This document shows positions 25,035-33,833 of a stretch of 54,340 bases of DNA, one piece after another (the first letter of the stretch is position 1; each line of letters begins with the position of its first letter). A program made the translations under genes and the position numbers. Origin of the DNA: a virus. The notes below the pieces were generated by a model. The model was not told where the DNA came from. It was given only the letters and a program-made list of their open reading frames with translations, and did no database searches. The stretch is from IMG/VR virus record IMGVR_UViG_3300002091_000038, positions 1 to 54,340 of that record. One strand, given 5' to 3'.

Positions 25035-25967
25035 TTAACCGTCTTCTTTGCGGGTTGCGAAGTAGCCGGAAACGCCGGCCATCATTTCAGGGTGGGCATC
25101 GCGACTCCATTGCACCCACCCCTCGGGGTGAAGCTCAAGATGCCTGTCAACGTCGAGATTGGCGATGGCCTTGTGGCGCTCCACATAGCCCCGCGTGTTG
25201 CGGTCGCCATGCCATTCGTGATACACAGTGCCTGGGGTTGCCAGCACAATGCCACCCTGGCTGTCCAGCCAATGACGGATGCCATCGCGCCAGCGGTAAT
25301 AGGGCGTGTGATTGTTGCCAAGCCCCTTGAGGTCCGTGCTGCGGAGCGGGTTCTTGGACACGGCGCAGTAAAAGATGATGTCGCCCTGGCCGGTGATCGC
25401 GTTGCCATAGAGGCCGCCGTGACGGAACATCGAGCGCCGGGCGGCCATGGCGAATCCTGGGTGGCCTTTGCAGGGGTCGCTGTCGGTCACATGCGCCGCG
25501 CCTGGAAGGTAGAATTGCACGTCGCCATTGCGGTCAAGCCAGACGGCGTGCGCGAATGGCTGCACAATGGGGGCAACGTCGAGAAGCGAAGAGGTGAGCA
25601 GGTGCCATTGCGGGTTGTCAAACCACACGTCGGCATCCACCCACGCAATCTTGGTGTAGCTCTCGGGCACCAGCTTTTCTGCTGCATTCAAGAGCGCTTC
25701 CTTCTGGAACATGATGCCATGGTTGTTCACCACCACCTGGCGCCAGCCGGGAAGATTTACCGTCATGGATGGCTGGCCCGGAAGCAGCGCCTCAACCCCG
25801 TACACGGGAATGCCGGCGGCGCGCATCTGGAGCAGGAATCGGCGCAAGTTCTGGCGCGGCCGTGAGAAGCCAGCCCAGTTGAAATGACAGGTGATCACTG
25901 CCAGGTCGCCACCCTTCGCTGGCGGCGTGCTCTGTGGCGTGCTTGCGGCGTAGATCGGGTAATTCAT
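25035..25967 (-). CDS. GT-A-type glycosyltransferase (putative)
   Basis: DLAVITCHFNWAGF is an N-terminal Rossmann strand, and KIAWVDADVWF is a DxD-type motif. 310 aa. It is separated from the methyltransferase by 1 nt. Confidence 0.6.
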   Translation of the reverse strand: MNYPIYAASTPQSTPPAKGGDLAVITCHFNWAGFSRPRQNLRRFLLQMRAAGIPVYGVEALLPGQPSMTVNLPGWRQVVVNNHGIMFQKEALLNAAEKLVPESYTKIAWVDADVWFDNPQWHLLTSSLLDVAPIVQPFAHAVWLDRNGDVQFYLPGAAHVTDSDPCKGHPGFAMAARRSMFRHGGLYGNAITGQGDIIFYCAVSKNPLRSTDLKGLGNNHTPYYRWRDGIRHWLDSQGGIVLATPGTVYHEWHGDRNTRGYVERHKAIANLDVDRHLELHPEGWVQWSRDAHPEMMAGVSGYFATRKEDG

Positions 25968-25982
25968 CGGAATAATGAGCGT

Positions 25983-26546
25983 CTATGGCTCAAGTGGAAT
26001 GATGATAGTCACCATGTCGTCAGTTTGCAAGCCTAGTGCCTCGGCAAAATAGGGGGCAAGATCGGCGACACGCGACGTGTCAGAATTGGGCCCCCAGTCC
26101 GCCGGGTACGCCTTCACGGGCTTCAAATCCCGCCGCTTCGGGTTGGAAATCAAAACGGGGGTGGAGAGCAGGTGGCTGCGCGATGTGGCGACCGGCAGGC
26201 AGACGCCAAGAAGCTGCCCGTGGCGGTCGTGCAAGGCCACGCTCTTTTCCTTGTCGCTGTAAGCCCACCGCATGGCGATGTAGGGGAAGCCGGGATTGAG
26301 GCGGCGGGCGGTGCCGGTGGTGCCTTCTGGCTGAACTGGCAGGAACATGCCGGCGGGGGCGTGCGCGATGCCGTTGCTCTCGTAGAGCGCCAGGTCTTCG
26401 CTTGCGGCAACGCCATCGTCATTCGGGCCGCCAAAGAAGCTCATCTTGCCGGTGATCGTGAAAGTCTTGTCCATGGTGCTGGGGTTGCCTCCAATGATGC
26501 GGCAGGCGGCGTCTTCGAGCCATCGGGCGGCCTGGTGCCAGTTCAT
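25983..26546 (-). CDS. Endolysin candidate (DPBB/RlpA-like wall hydrolase)
   Basis: GKMSFFGGPNDDGVAASEDLAL...YIAMRW...KAYPADWGPNSDTSRVADLAPYFAEALGLQTDD resembles the double-psi beta-barrel lytic transglycosylase pattern. It is the last gene of the lysis-like cluster. The start at ATG 26546 is uncertain. Confidence 0.4.
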   Translation of the reverse strand: MNWHQAARWLEDAACRIIGGNPSTMDKTFTITGKMSFFGGPNDDGVAASEDLALYESNGIAHAPAGMFLPVQPEGTTGTARRLNPGFPYIAMRWAYSDKEKSVALHDRHGQLLGVCLPVATSRSHLLSTPVLISNPKRRDLKPVKAYPADWGPNSDTSRVADLAPYFAEALGLQTDDMVTIIIPLEP

Positions 26547-26601
26547 AAATGAGAAAGAAAAGGGCTCGGCGCAAAAGAGCACGCCGGGCCAGTGGTGTGG
26601 T

Positions 26602-27018
26602 TTAGCCTGCGGTGGTGGCAGTTGCAGCGGGAGCGGCATCAGGCGAAACGGCAGGCTTTGGCAGCTTGCCCACTTCCTTCACCAGACCAAACGCCAGCTG
26701 CGCGATAGTGACAGCTTCGGTGCCGGCCTTCTGCGGGATCTCTCCCTTGGCAGCCAGGCTGGTGATTTCGTCTACCACGAACTGGCGCTTGTCGCCGGAG
26801 TGCTCCAGCGTCTGCTCGGCGGTGATCACTGCATCAGTGATGGTGATTGTCTTGTCAGACACGATGCCAGCCGCATGCAGGCCGTTAAGCAGGGCGGTGG
26901 CCCACGGGGAGAAAGCATCGAAGGCGGCTTCGACATCAGCAACGCCGGTTTCAACCTTGGCTTCGACAAGGCCAAGGAAAGTTCCAACCTGGGCGACGTA
27001 CTCTTTGAACGATTTCAT
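26602..27018 (-). CDS. Hypothetical protein
   Basis: ATG at 27018 (MKSFKEYVAQ...). 138 aa, Ala-rich and helical, with a P/A tail. Confidence 0.4.
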   Translation of the reverse strand: MKSFKEYVAQVGTFLGLVEAKVETGVADVEAAFDAFSPWATALLNGLHAAGIVSDKTITITDAVITAEQTLEHSGDKRQFVVDEITSLAAKGEIPQKAGTEAVTIAQLAFGLVKEVGKLPKPAVSPDAAPAATATTAG

Positions 27019-27067
27019 TGTGTTTATGTATTGTGGTTCTTGTGAATTCCTGTGATGCAGGAAAGTG

Positions 27068-27550
27068 TTAGGCTGGAAGCGCCCGCAAAGACTGGATCGG
27101 CTTGCCGCTGCGGATGACGCCAACGACGCCGTACACGCTGGCCCCGAGTCCGATCAGCCGGGTAACCATGTCGCCTGTGTCGGCAGCCAGGTGTTCCATG
27201 CCGGTGGTGTCCACGCCTAGAGCCTGCGCAAGCGCGAGCAGCGAGGTCACCAGCCCGGCCCAGAAGTGCGGCGTCATGAAGCGACTCACGGAGAAATCCG
27301 TGTGCACGATGCGGCCGATGATAGTGCTGAACGCGCCGCCCATGATGATCAGCTGCGGCCAAAGCGCGTGCGCCTCGGTGTAGATGCCCACGGTTTGATC
27401 CTTGTCCAGAGGGATGCCCTTGGCGTGGAGCAAGGTGAACGCGATGGTGATAACCATGCCTTGCACCGTCCATGATTGCGCGAGCGGCTTGGTGGCAGTG
27501 TTGCCGTCGCGATGGCTAAAAAGAGAGGTGATAGAGTCAAGGAGCGGCAT
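27068..27550 (-). CDS. Multi-TM membrane protein (holin-like)
   Basis: ATG at 27550 (MPLLDSITS...). At least three or four hydrophobic spans (VITIAFTLL, LIIMGGAFSTIIG, FWAGLVTSLLALA, LIGLGASVYGVVGVI). It sits next to the spanin-like pair. Confidence 0.4.
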   Translation of the reverse strand: MPLLDSITSLFSHRDGNTATKPLAQSWTVQGMVITIAFTLLHAKGIPLDKDQTVGIYTEAHALWPQLIIMGGAFSTIIGRIVHTDFSVSRFMTPHFWAGLVTSLLALAQALGVDTTGMEHLAADTGDMVTRLIGLGASVYGVVGVIRSGKPIQSLRALPA

Positions 27551-27552
27551 GA

Positions 27553-27927
27553 TCAGGGTCCGGTGATGGGGTTGGAGGCTGGAAGAGTCTTGCCCTTGGA
27601 TTTGTAAAGGTTGTAGCCGCCCGTGGCGTTGGCCTGTATCCATTCGAACACCTGCGGATAATCGTGCACGATGTGGATGTAATGGACGTGCCGGTTCTCC
27701 GGCGGAACATCATCCTCGGGCGTGCGTTTGCGTGCCGGCACGGTGATGGCGCTGGCGGTCTTGCCGTCTTTTGCCTGGGGCCCTGCGCAGCTGCTCAGTG
27801 CGGCCCCGAGAATCAGTCCGATTGCCACGGCCGCCAGCACGCGAGCGAGCGCCACGCCAATACGTTGGCAGCGTGATTCCACCCGTGGGGCGTAGTCGGC
27901 TCGGAGTTTGTAGCTGGCGACGTTCAT
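27553..27927 (-). CDS. Lipoprotein (o-spanin-like)
   Basis: The signal peptide ends in the lipobox LSSC (AIGLILGAALSSCAG). Its ATG overlaps the stop of the upstream TM/coiled-coil gene (ATGA at 27924-27927). Confidence 0.5.
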   Translation of the reverse strand: MNVASYKLRADYAPRVESRCQRIGVALARVLAAVAIGLILGAALSSCAGPQAKDGKTASAITVPARKRTPEDDVPPENRHVHYIHIVHDYPQVFEWIQANATGGYNLYKSKGKTLPASNPITGP

Positions 27928-28196
27928 GGTGCGCTTATCTGGGCTAGGCCGGTCTTCTCCCGCAGCTGTTTCACATTCGCTTCAAGGTGATCAATGCGGG
28001 TGTGATCCGTGGCGATGAGCTTGGCCGTGTTCACTAGCAAGTAGAGCATGCCGCTGCCGATCACGGGGAGCGCCAGCATGTTCAATTTGAATACCCATGA
28101 CATGAGTGTTCCCATGGTGATCGGCTTGTCACCATTGGCATCGGCGAGGTCTTCATCATCATCATGATTGCGATGGTGATCGGTGCGCAAGGTCAT
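27924..28196 (-). CDS. Single-TM protein with a C-terminal coiled coil (i-spanin-like)
   Basis: One TM (WVFKLNMLALPVIGSGMLYLLV) followed by IDHLEANVKQLREKTG. It is coupled to the downstream lipoprotein gene. Confidence 0.4.
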   Translation of the reverse strand: MTLRTDHHRNHDDDEDLADANGDKPITMGTLMSWVFKLNMLALPVIGSGMLYLLVNTAKLIATDHTRIDHLEANVKQLREKTGLAQISAP

Positions 28197-28232
28197 TGGG
28201 CGGGAGGGTGTGGGTGTGGGGAGCCGTGGCGA

Positions 28233-28532
28233 TTAGCTGCCGACCTTTGTTTCTACCTGGGAGATAAGCGCCTGGCGGTCTGGATAAGGCAGCTGCTTGG
28301 CGGCAGTTCCAAGACGTGCCACGGCAGCATCATAAGCGGCAGCGGCCAGGCCCTGCACGTGAGTCACAAGAACGCCCTGCAGGTAGGTGCCTGCAGTGAT
28401 CGGGGCGGCTCCTGGCTTCTGTGCCGCGTTGGCGGATGCGACGGCGGCGGTGAGGGCGTCATGGTGTTCGGCGTCAAGCTTGATGGACGTGCCTATTGTA
28501 ACAGCTGGGGTAGGTGTGGGCGTGATGCTCAT
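28233..28532 (-). CDS. Hypothetical protein (Ala-rich)
   Basis: 99-aa ORF in the packed late block. Confidence 0.4.
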   Translation of the reverse strand: MSITPTPTPAVTIGTSIKLDAEHHDALTAAVASANAAQKPGAAPITAGTYLQGVLVTHVQGLAAAAYDAAVARLGTAAKQLPYPDRQALISQVETKVGS

Positions 28533-28535
28533 GAA

Positions 28536-29423
28536 TTAAGGGGCGTATTGGTTGCAGACGACATAGAAAGCGGCGGAAGTGCTGACTCCGGGGTTGCCTG
28601 ATCCGTAGTCAATTCGGGCTCGCAGCTCCTCTCCGGTGTTCACGCCATTTGCCCACGCCTGGCTGACGGATGCGGCTCCATAAACGATGTCCATGCCATT
28701 GGCCCCGCTGAAGGATATAAGATCAGTTGTGCCGCCCTCAATGTCCTTGAGATACAGTACAACACTGCAACCGATGTTATTGGTTGGAACAGCCAGTTGC
28801 AGTGTGCCGATTTTCTGGCCGGTTACGCCGGGGATGAGAAGAATGTCACCCGTGCCGCCAGTGGGAGCAATCGCATCTGCACCGGAAGCGTACTGCTCGC
28901 CTAGCGTGATTGGCCCGCCGCTGGCCGCGGATGAATAGTAATCAAAAATGACGTTGATTGATGCCCCGGTGGCAGAACTGGTGAAGGTGAGGGTTTCCGT
29001 GGTGCCGTCAAAGCCGCTGTCAACAATCGAGCCGGGAAATCCAACGCCCGTAAAGGCTGCGGCCACAGCCTGCAAAACGTCACTGGAGAATGATCCGGCC
29101 CAAATTGGCAGGTATGATGGATCTGAGACGGTGTTATCATCAACCGACACTTGGCATGTACGATCGTACAGCACAGTCATGCCATCGACTACACGAAGGC
29201 GAAACGTGTCATTCGCCAAGAATCGCGGATAATCAAGGGTCGCCACCACGGCGAAAGAAGCGGGAGCCGCAGAGGCTCCTCCATTAGTCCAGCCGGCGAG
29301 CGTGCCGTTGCCGCGAACAATGCCGGGCACGCCAAGGAAAGCTGCTGCGGCGTTCTTGTCCGCACAAGCCAGCAGCGTTTGAATGTCGTCGGCAGGTGTT
29401 TTATCCATTGGTGGCGTTGGCAT
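28536..29423 (-). CDS. Hypothetical virion protein
   Basis: 295 aa, G/S/T/A-rich beta-type sequence. It lies 4 nt after the upstream gene. Confidence 0.4.
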   Translation of the reverse strand: MPTPPMDKTPADDIQTLLACADKNAAAAFLGVPGIVRGNGTLAGWTNGGASAAPASFAVVATLDYPRFLANDTFRLRVVDGMTVLYDRTCQVSVDDNTVSDPSYLPIWAGSFSSDVLQAVAAAFTGVGFPGSIVDSGFDGTTETLTFTSSATGASINVIFDYYSSAASGGPITLGEQYASGADAIAPTGGTGDILLIPGVTGQKIGTLQLAVPTNNIGCSVVLYLKDIEGGTTDLISFSGANGMDIVYGAASVSQAWANGVNTGEELRARIDYGSGNPGVSTSAAFYVVCNQYAP

Positions 29424-29427
29424 GGAA

Positions 29428-29829
29428 TTAAGTGGTCAAGAAGTGGCCGCCGGATGGCGTGAGGTAGTAACCGCCGCTGGCGGTGCGCCATGCGGGTGCC
29501 GGTGATGGCGTGGCGGATTCAGGGGTAACGGAAACCGGGTCTGACTGCGCGCTTTCACCTGCGCTGTTGAGGGCACTGATTGTGACGCTGTAGGTGGTTC
29601 CGTTGGTGAGGTATGGGCGGTATTCGGCGTTGTTGGCAAGCACGGCGTTCAATGTGCCATCAATCCAAATGTGATACAGCGTAGCCCTGGCAGTGGTATT
29701 GAAATTGATAATAGCGATGCCATCGCCAGAATCAGCGGTAAGACCAGTCGGCGTGTCTGGCGGCAGCAACCCTCCCCCGGCGCTTCGCTGCGCCTGACGC
29801 ACGGGAGAGATGGCGATGCCAACCAGCAT
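29428..29829 (-). CDS. Fibronectin type III domain protein (possible capsid decoration)
   Basis: ATG at 29829 overlaps the upstream stop (TAATG). PDTPTGLTADSGDGIAIINFNTTARATLYHIWIDG...YSVTISALNSAGESAQSDPVSVTP is an FN3-like pattern. Confidence 0.55.
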   Translation of the reverse strand: MLVGIAISPVRQAQRSAGGGLLPPDTPTGLTADSGDGIAIINFNTTARATLYHIWIDGTLNAVLANNAEYRPYLTNGTTYSVTISALNSAGESAQSDPVSVTPESATPSPAPAWRTASGGYYLTPSGGHFLTT

Positions 29830-30173
29830 TAGACAAGGATGGTGAAATTCGTGGCGCTGGTGCCAGTGGCCATGATCCGTTTCACACACAGCGGCAACTG
29901 GGTGCCGGCGGCGACATTGGCAATCAGGGCCGTGGAATCGTCCAACTGCTGCACGGTGATGTCGCCAGCGCCGCCCACGATGATCTGACGGTGGGGAGGC
30001 AGAATGGTGGCATCATTCGGCGTGACGGCAATGGCGTTGAATGAGGGGCCGATGTTTGCCAGCAAGGCTGCCAGAACAAATCTGTCGCCTCCTGTCATGA
30101 CAACGGCTGAATCTCCATTGGACTCGTTGATGGAGCCGTTTCGAATGCCAGAAATCAGGGCTTGAATGGTCAT
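29829..30173 (-). CDS. Hypothetical head-block protein
   Basis: 114-aa ORF with good coding appearance, translationally coupled to the FN3 gene. Confidence 0.45.
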   Translation of the reverse strand: MTIQALISGIRNGSINESNGDSAVVMTGGDRFVLAALLANIGPSFNAIAVTPNDATILPPHRQIIVGGAGDITVQQLDDSTALIANVAAGTQLPLCVKRIMATGTSATNFTILV

Positions 30174-30224
30174 GGTGAAAAGGGGTGGCAGACTTTGACC
30201 GGGCTGCCAGCGGGGTGCGGGAGG

Positions 30225-30404
30225 CTATTCGGTAGCCGTGGTGCCGGGGATCTCGATGCCGTGCTTCTTGGCAGCCTCGGCTTCCTTCTTGGCGGTCGTG
30301 AAGCCCCACGGAACAACGCGGGTCTGGCCGTTCGGCAGCTTGATTTCAACGGTGTGCCCGTGGCCCGGGGCCTCGGCTGGCGGTGTTTGGTTCGGTTCGC
30401 TCAT
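30225..30404 (-). CDS. 59-aa ORF just below the ORF-track size cutoff
   Basis: My translation of the minus strand: MSEPNQTPPAEAPGHGHTVEIKLPNGQTRVVPWGFTTAKKEAEAAKKHGIEIPGTTATE. It fills the otherwise empty gap between the capsid hairpin and 30173. Confidence 0.3.
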   Translation of the reverse strand: MSEPNQTPPAEAPGHGHTVEIKLPNGQTRVVPWGFTTAKKEAEAAKKHGIEIPGTTATE

Positions 30405-30419
30405 AATCGGAAAATGGTG

Positions 30420-30451
30420 AAAAGGGCGGCCCGGTGTTGAGCCGCCCTTTT
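30420..30451 (-). terminator. Strong hairpin directly after the capsid-candidate gene
   Basis: AAAGGGCGGC-ccggtgttga-GCCGCCCTTT starts 11 nt after the stop at 30462. A/T runs flank it on both sides (attenuator/bidirectional terminator type). Confidence 0.7.
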
Positions 30452-30461
30452 CGGGTGAGGG

Positions 30462-32405
30462 TTAGATGTTCTCTGCGGCGAACGGCACAAAGTTGGTGCC
30501 GATGCCATCGCTGAACTTGACGCCCGCGCCGGCTGCGGTGAGCAGGGCGTTGCGGGTGCTGTCCGCGCCAGTGATCTTGACTGTCCAGAGGTAGCCGGTG
30601 ACAGAGGTGCCGCCCGTGACCGTGGCCGTGCCGCCACCGTTGGCGGTGAGGTAGGTCTGGATGGCGGTCTGCAGCGCGGCCGCCGTGGTGTAGCCGGTGG
30701 AGCCAAGCAGGTTGGTGCCGCTGGCATTGACCATGCTCGTCACGGAATCCGTAACGAAGTAGGCAGCCAGGGTTGGCACGGTGGTGCTGTCAGTCACATC
30801 GGTTGGCGAGTTGAGCGGCAGTGCTTCCATGGCCGCCCACGGATCGCCGGGGCTTTCGTTGGAGATGCCGCTGGGCAGCAACTGGAGTTCCACCAGTGTG
30901 CCGGCCGCGAGCTTCGATGTCGCCGTGAAGGCAGCGGTGCTCACGATGGTGCCCACGATGTAGCGCTTGCCGCTGCGAGTCGTCGCGTAGAGCGAGTACC
31001 CGGCAGGCAGGGAGCCAGGGAGAGTGCCGGCAATGAGCAGCTGCAGATTGCCGGCGGCCGTGGTGCCCGTGCTCTGCACCGTCCAGCGCAGTCCGCTTGG
31101 CGCGTTTTTGACCTCGCCCGTGAGGGTGTAGGCCGCCGCGACAGGGAAGGCGGAGAGATGCAGGATGGCGCGTGAGCGCTCGGGGAACAGTCCCTTCATG
31201 CCAGCCATGTAGCGGGCGTAATAGGTCACCGTTTCCTGATAAGGATCTTCCGGCGAATGGAAGGGCCGGAACTCGCCCGAATACTGGGTGGCGGGGAACA
31301 TTTCGAGCCCGCCGTTGCCCATGGCATTCACCATCGCGGCGGGAGGCACCAGCCATTCGACGGAATCCAGATTCACCCACAGGGTTTCCGTGTACTTCGC
31401 CACGTCGGGATTGAAGTAGTCGGGGTTGGGTTGATCGCCCTGGCCGTCCTGTGCGCCGCCATCGGTGGCGACTTTGATCCGGTGCGGGATGATGCAATCT
31501 TCCCACGACTCGCCCGTGCCAGGCTGGCGGTACTTGCGGGGGTATGCCACCACCACAAAGATGTACTGGCCCAGCGGGGTGCCGGTGAATCCAAGCTCGG
31601 GGATGAAGATTTCATCGGGCCGCATGCCGAAAGCAGCAACGCGCTCCTTGATATACTGCTCTTGCAGCGCCTGGAACTCGTTGTAGCCGATGAACACCAC
31701 TTGCTTGTCTTGCGGCAGCGTGGCCTTGGCGGCAGCCTCGGCGGAATTGAAGCCGCGAGGAGTGAATGTCACACCGGCCTTCATCGCCTCCAGCCAGCGC
31801 CAGGTGAGCAGCGTGTTCGGCGTGGTGTAGAGCGGGTAGGAGCCCACGGCCGTGGCGGAAATGCCCCAGGTGGTGTTGAGGTTCACGCAACGCACGGAGC
31901 GCTGGAACGCCATGGTGCACCACAGCTCCCAAATGCCCTTGGTCCAGTTCATCATGATCTGGCGCACCTGCTGCAGCTGGGCCTCGCGCTTGGGCTTGAA
32001 TGCCAGGTCCAGCTTGCTGAACGTCGGCGTGCGAACGGCATCGCGCATGAGCTGCGCAGTGACCTTGCGGTGGCCGTAGGTGATTTCCTTCGTGGTAGTC
32101 CAGCGGCTGGGGTTGTAGCCGGCGCTGGCTTCACGGATGACTTCCCAGTTGAGCACGTCCTTCTCGGTCGGAGCGGACACGTCAAAGATGAGCGTGGTGT
32201 CGGTGTCGCCCATGCCTTCATTGAAGAACACTTTGGTCTTCGAAAGGTGGGACATGAGAACCTGGGAGAACGCCAGGGACTGATAGATTTCCCGGGAGAA
32301 CCACGCGGGCGAATTCTGCATCCGCGTGATGACTTCGGCTGGCGTGGAATCCGTGTTTACGGAGGCGCCGCCCATCGTGAAGGGCAGCGAATTGATATTG
32401 GACAT
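30462..32405 (-). CDS. Major capsid protein candidate with a C-terminal S/T/G/A-rich extension
   Basis: 647 aa and the first gene of the late leftward block. It is followed by a strong hairpin, as is typical for over-expressed capsid genes. No other capsid-sized candidate has that context. The fold was not verifiable by eye. Confidence 0.5.
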   Translation of the reverse strand: MSNINSLPFTMGGASVNTDSTPAEVITRMQNSPAWFSREIYQSLAFSQVLMSHLSKTKVFFNEGMGDTDTTLIFDVSAPTEKDVLNWEVIREASAGYNPSRWTTTKEITYGHRKVTAQLMRDAVRTPTFSKLDLAFKPKREAQLQQVRQIMMNWTKGIWELWCTMAFQRSVRCVNLNTTWGISATAVGSYPLYTTPNTLLTWRWLEAMKAGVTFTPRGFNSAEAAAKATLPQDKQVVFIGYNEFQALQEQYIKERVAAFGMRPDEIFIPELGFTGTPLGQYIFVVVAYPRKYRQPGTGESWEDCIIPHRIKVATDGGAQDGQGDQPNPDYFNPDVAKYTETLWVNLDSVEWLVPPAAMVNAMGNGGLEMFPATQYSGEFRPFHSPEDPYQETVTYYARYMAGMKGLFPERSRAILHLSAFPVAAAYTLTGEVKNAPSGLRWTVQSTGTTAAGNLQLLIAGTLPGSLPAGYSLYATTRSGKRYIVGTIVSTAAFTATSKLAAGTLVELQLLPSGISNESPGDPWAAMEALPLNSPTDVTDSTTVPTLAAYFVTDSVTSMVNASGTNLLGSTGYTTAAALQTAIQTYLTANGGGTATVTGGTSVTGYLWTVKITGADSTRNALLTAAGAGVKFSDGIGTNFVPFAAENI

Positions 32406-32634
32406 GAGCGTGAAAAATGGGGATCACGCCACGGGCTTAGAGTGTGGGCCGGGCCGTGGCTTGCCAGCGTGAGGCGGTGCCTCGCTTTGCTTGCCTCCCG
32501 GTCATCGGAAGCCTTTTTGAACCCGTGCCCGCCGCTCTCGCGGGCCGTTTAGAAGCCGATGGCGCAATAATCGCCACAACTCGGCTGAAAATGCAACTGG
32601 AAAAATGATGCCGTGCGGCTCAATTCGCAGGCAC

Positions 32635-32669
32635 AAAAAAAGCCGCAACAAGGAAATCCCTGCTGCGGC
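32635..32669 (-). terminator. Rho-independent terminator after the integrase gene
   Basis: On the minus-strand RNA: GCCGCAGCAGGG-AUUU-CCUUGUUGCGGC, a 12-bp stem with two G-U pairs, followed by UUUUUUU. On the plus strand the same positions give A-C mismatches, so the terminator is strand-specific. Confidence 0.75.
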
Positions 32670-32686
32670 CGTGACTTGTGGTCCGG

Positions 32687-33775
32687 TTACTCGTCTTTGG
32701 ACAGGTAGTGATTCTTCGTGGTTTCCTCGCTGGTGTGTCCAAGGTTCTTCTGCGCCTCTTTCACGCCCGCGCTACTGGCCAGCAATGCCTCCTCAGTGAT
32801 GCGCTTCACGTCATCAGCATAAAGTCCACGGAGTCGATGCAAAGGCTTCTTGGATTTGCCGGTGTAGGGTCGCAACCAGTCCTGGGGCACGCGCTCAAAC
32901 CATCCGTCCCGGTCGGTGGTGGACGGATTCACGATCATCATTCCCTCAGGGATCGCCAGCAAGGCAGCCGCGAACGCCGGGTTGATCACCATGGCGCGAT
33001 AGATGGCCCCGGTCTTGGTGAGGTAGTCTTCTTCTGGCCTGTCATGGAGTTCCACAAACACCTTGCCCTTCTTCTCTGTGAGCCAGTCACGACGGCAGGC
33101 TTTGATTTCGGACCTGCGCAGCCCTGCCCACCGTGCCAATCCAAGGCAGAAGTACATTTCAGGGGCCATGGTGGCGAGTTCTTCAATGCCAGCGTCAAGG
33201 TTGGCGACGTCGGCGGTGGGTGGCGGGGCTTTGATTTCTGGCAGCCATTGAATCACCGTGGCATCCTCGGGCACGATCATCTTGTGTTCGGCGTACACGG
33301 GCCGCAAGGCGGGAATGAACGGGCTGCAGGCCTGCCGGATGGCAGAATTGATCTTGGCGTTTTCCGGCCGGCGCTTCGACAAGTCCAGGCCTGGCAGTCC
33401 CATGGCGAGGTGGCACTTCGTGGCGTAATCCTTCCACAACCGGGGGCCGATGTCGGCGAGCTTCACCACATTCATCCCCTTGCCCCAGGTGAATTCGATC
33501 ATCTTTTTCAGGCGGCCCACGTTCGCCTCGGCAGAGACAGGATTGCAGCGCTTTGGCATCTGCAGGTAGAGCTTCGTGGCATCCTCCACGGTTTCATGGC
33601 CCTTGGGGCGCTTCTTGGCCGCCTGCTCCTCAATGTGGCGCTTCGTGGCTCGTTTCGCCTCCGCAAGATCCGTGGTACCAGTGCCAAAGTCGATTTCGAA
33701 TCCCTTCATGCGGCAGCGCGCCCGCCAGGTGCCCGTGGTGTTCTTTGAGAGCGAGTAGGCGCGCCCGTTCACCAT
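32687..33775 (-). CDS. int: Tyrosine integrase
   Basis: Catalytic signature present: WAGLRRSEI (Arg), HRLRGLY (HxxR) and NLGHTSEETTKNHY (His...Tyr). The start is taken at MVNGRAYSL (33775). The ORF stays open to 33892, but that stretch is made of the TTTCG-type repeats. Confidence 0.85.
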   Translation of the reverse strand: MVNGRAYSLSKNTTGTWRARCRMKGFEIDFGTGTTDLAEAKRATKRHIEEQAAKKRPKGHETVEDATKLYLQMPKRCNPVSAEANVGRLKKMIEFTWGKGMNVVKLADIGPRLWKDYATKCHLAMGLPGLDLSKRRPENAKINSAIRQACSPFIPALRPVYAEHKMIVPEDATVIQWLPEIKAPPPTADVANLDAGIEELATMAPEMYFCLGLARWAGLRRSEIKACRRDWLTEKKGKVFVELHDRPEEDYLTKTGAIYRAMVINPAFAAALLAIPEGMMIVNPSTTDRDGWFERVPQDWLRPYTGKSKKPLHRLRGLYADDVKRITEEALLASSAGVKEAQKNLGHTSEETTKNHYLSKDE

Positions 33776-33833
33776 TACCTTCTCTCGTTTGGTTTTCGTT
33801 TGGCTTTCGTTTGAGTCCTGTTTTGAGCCTGAG

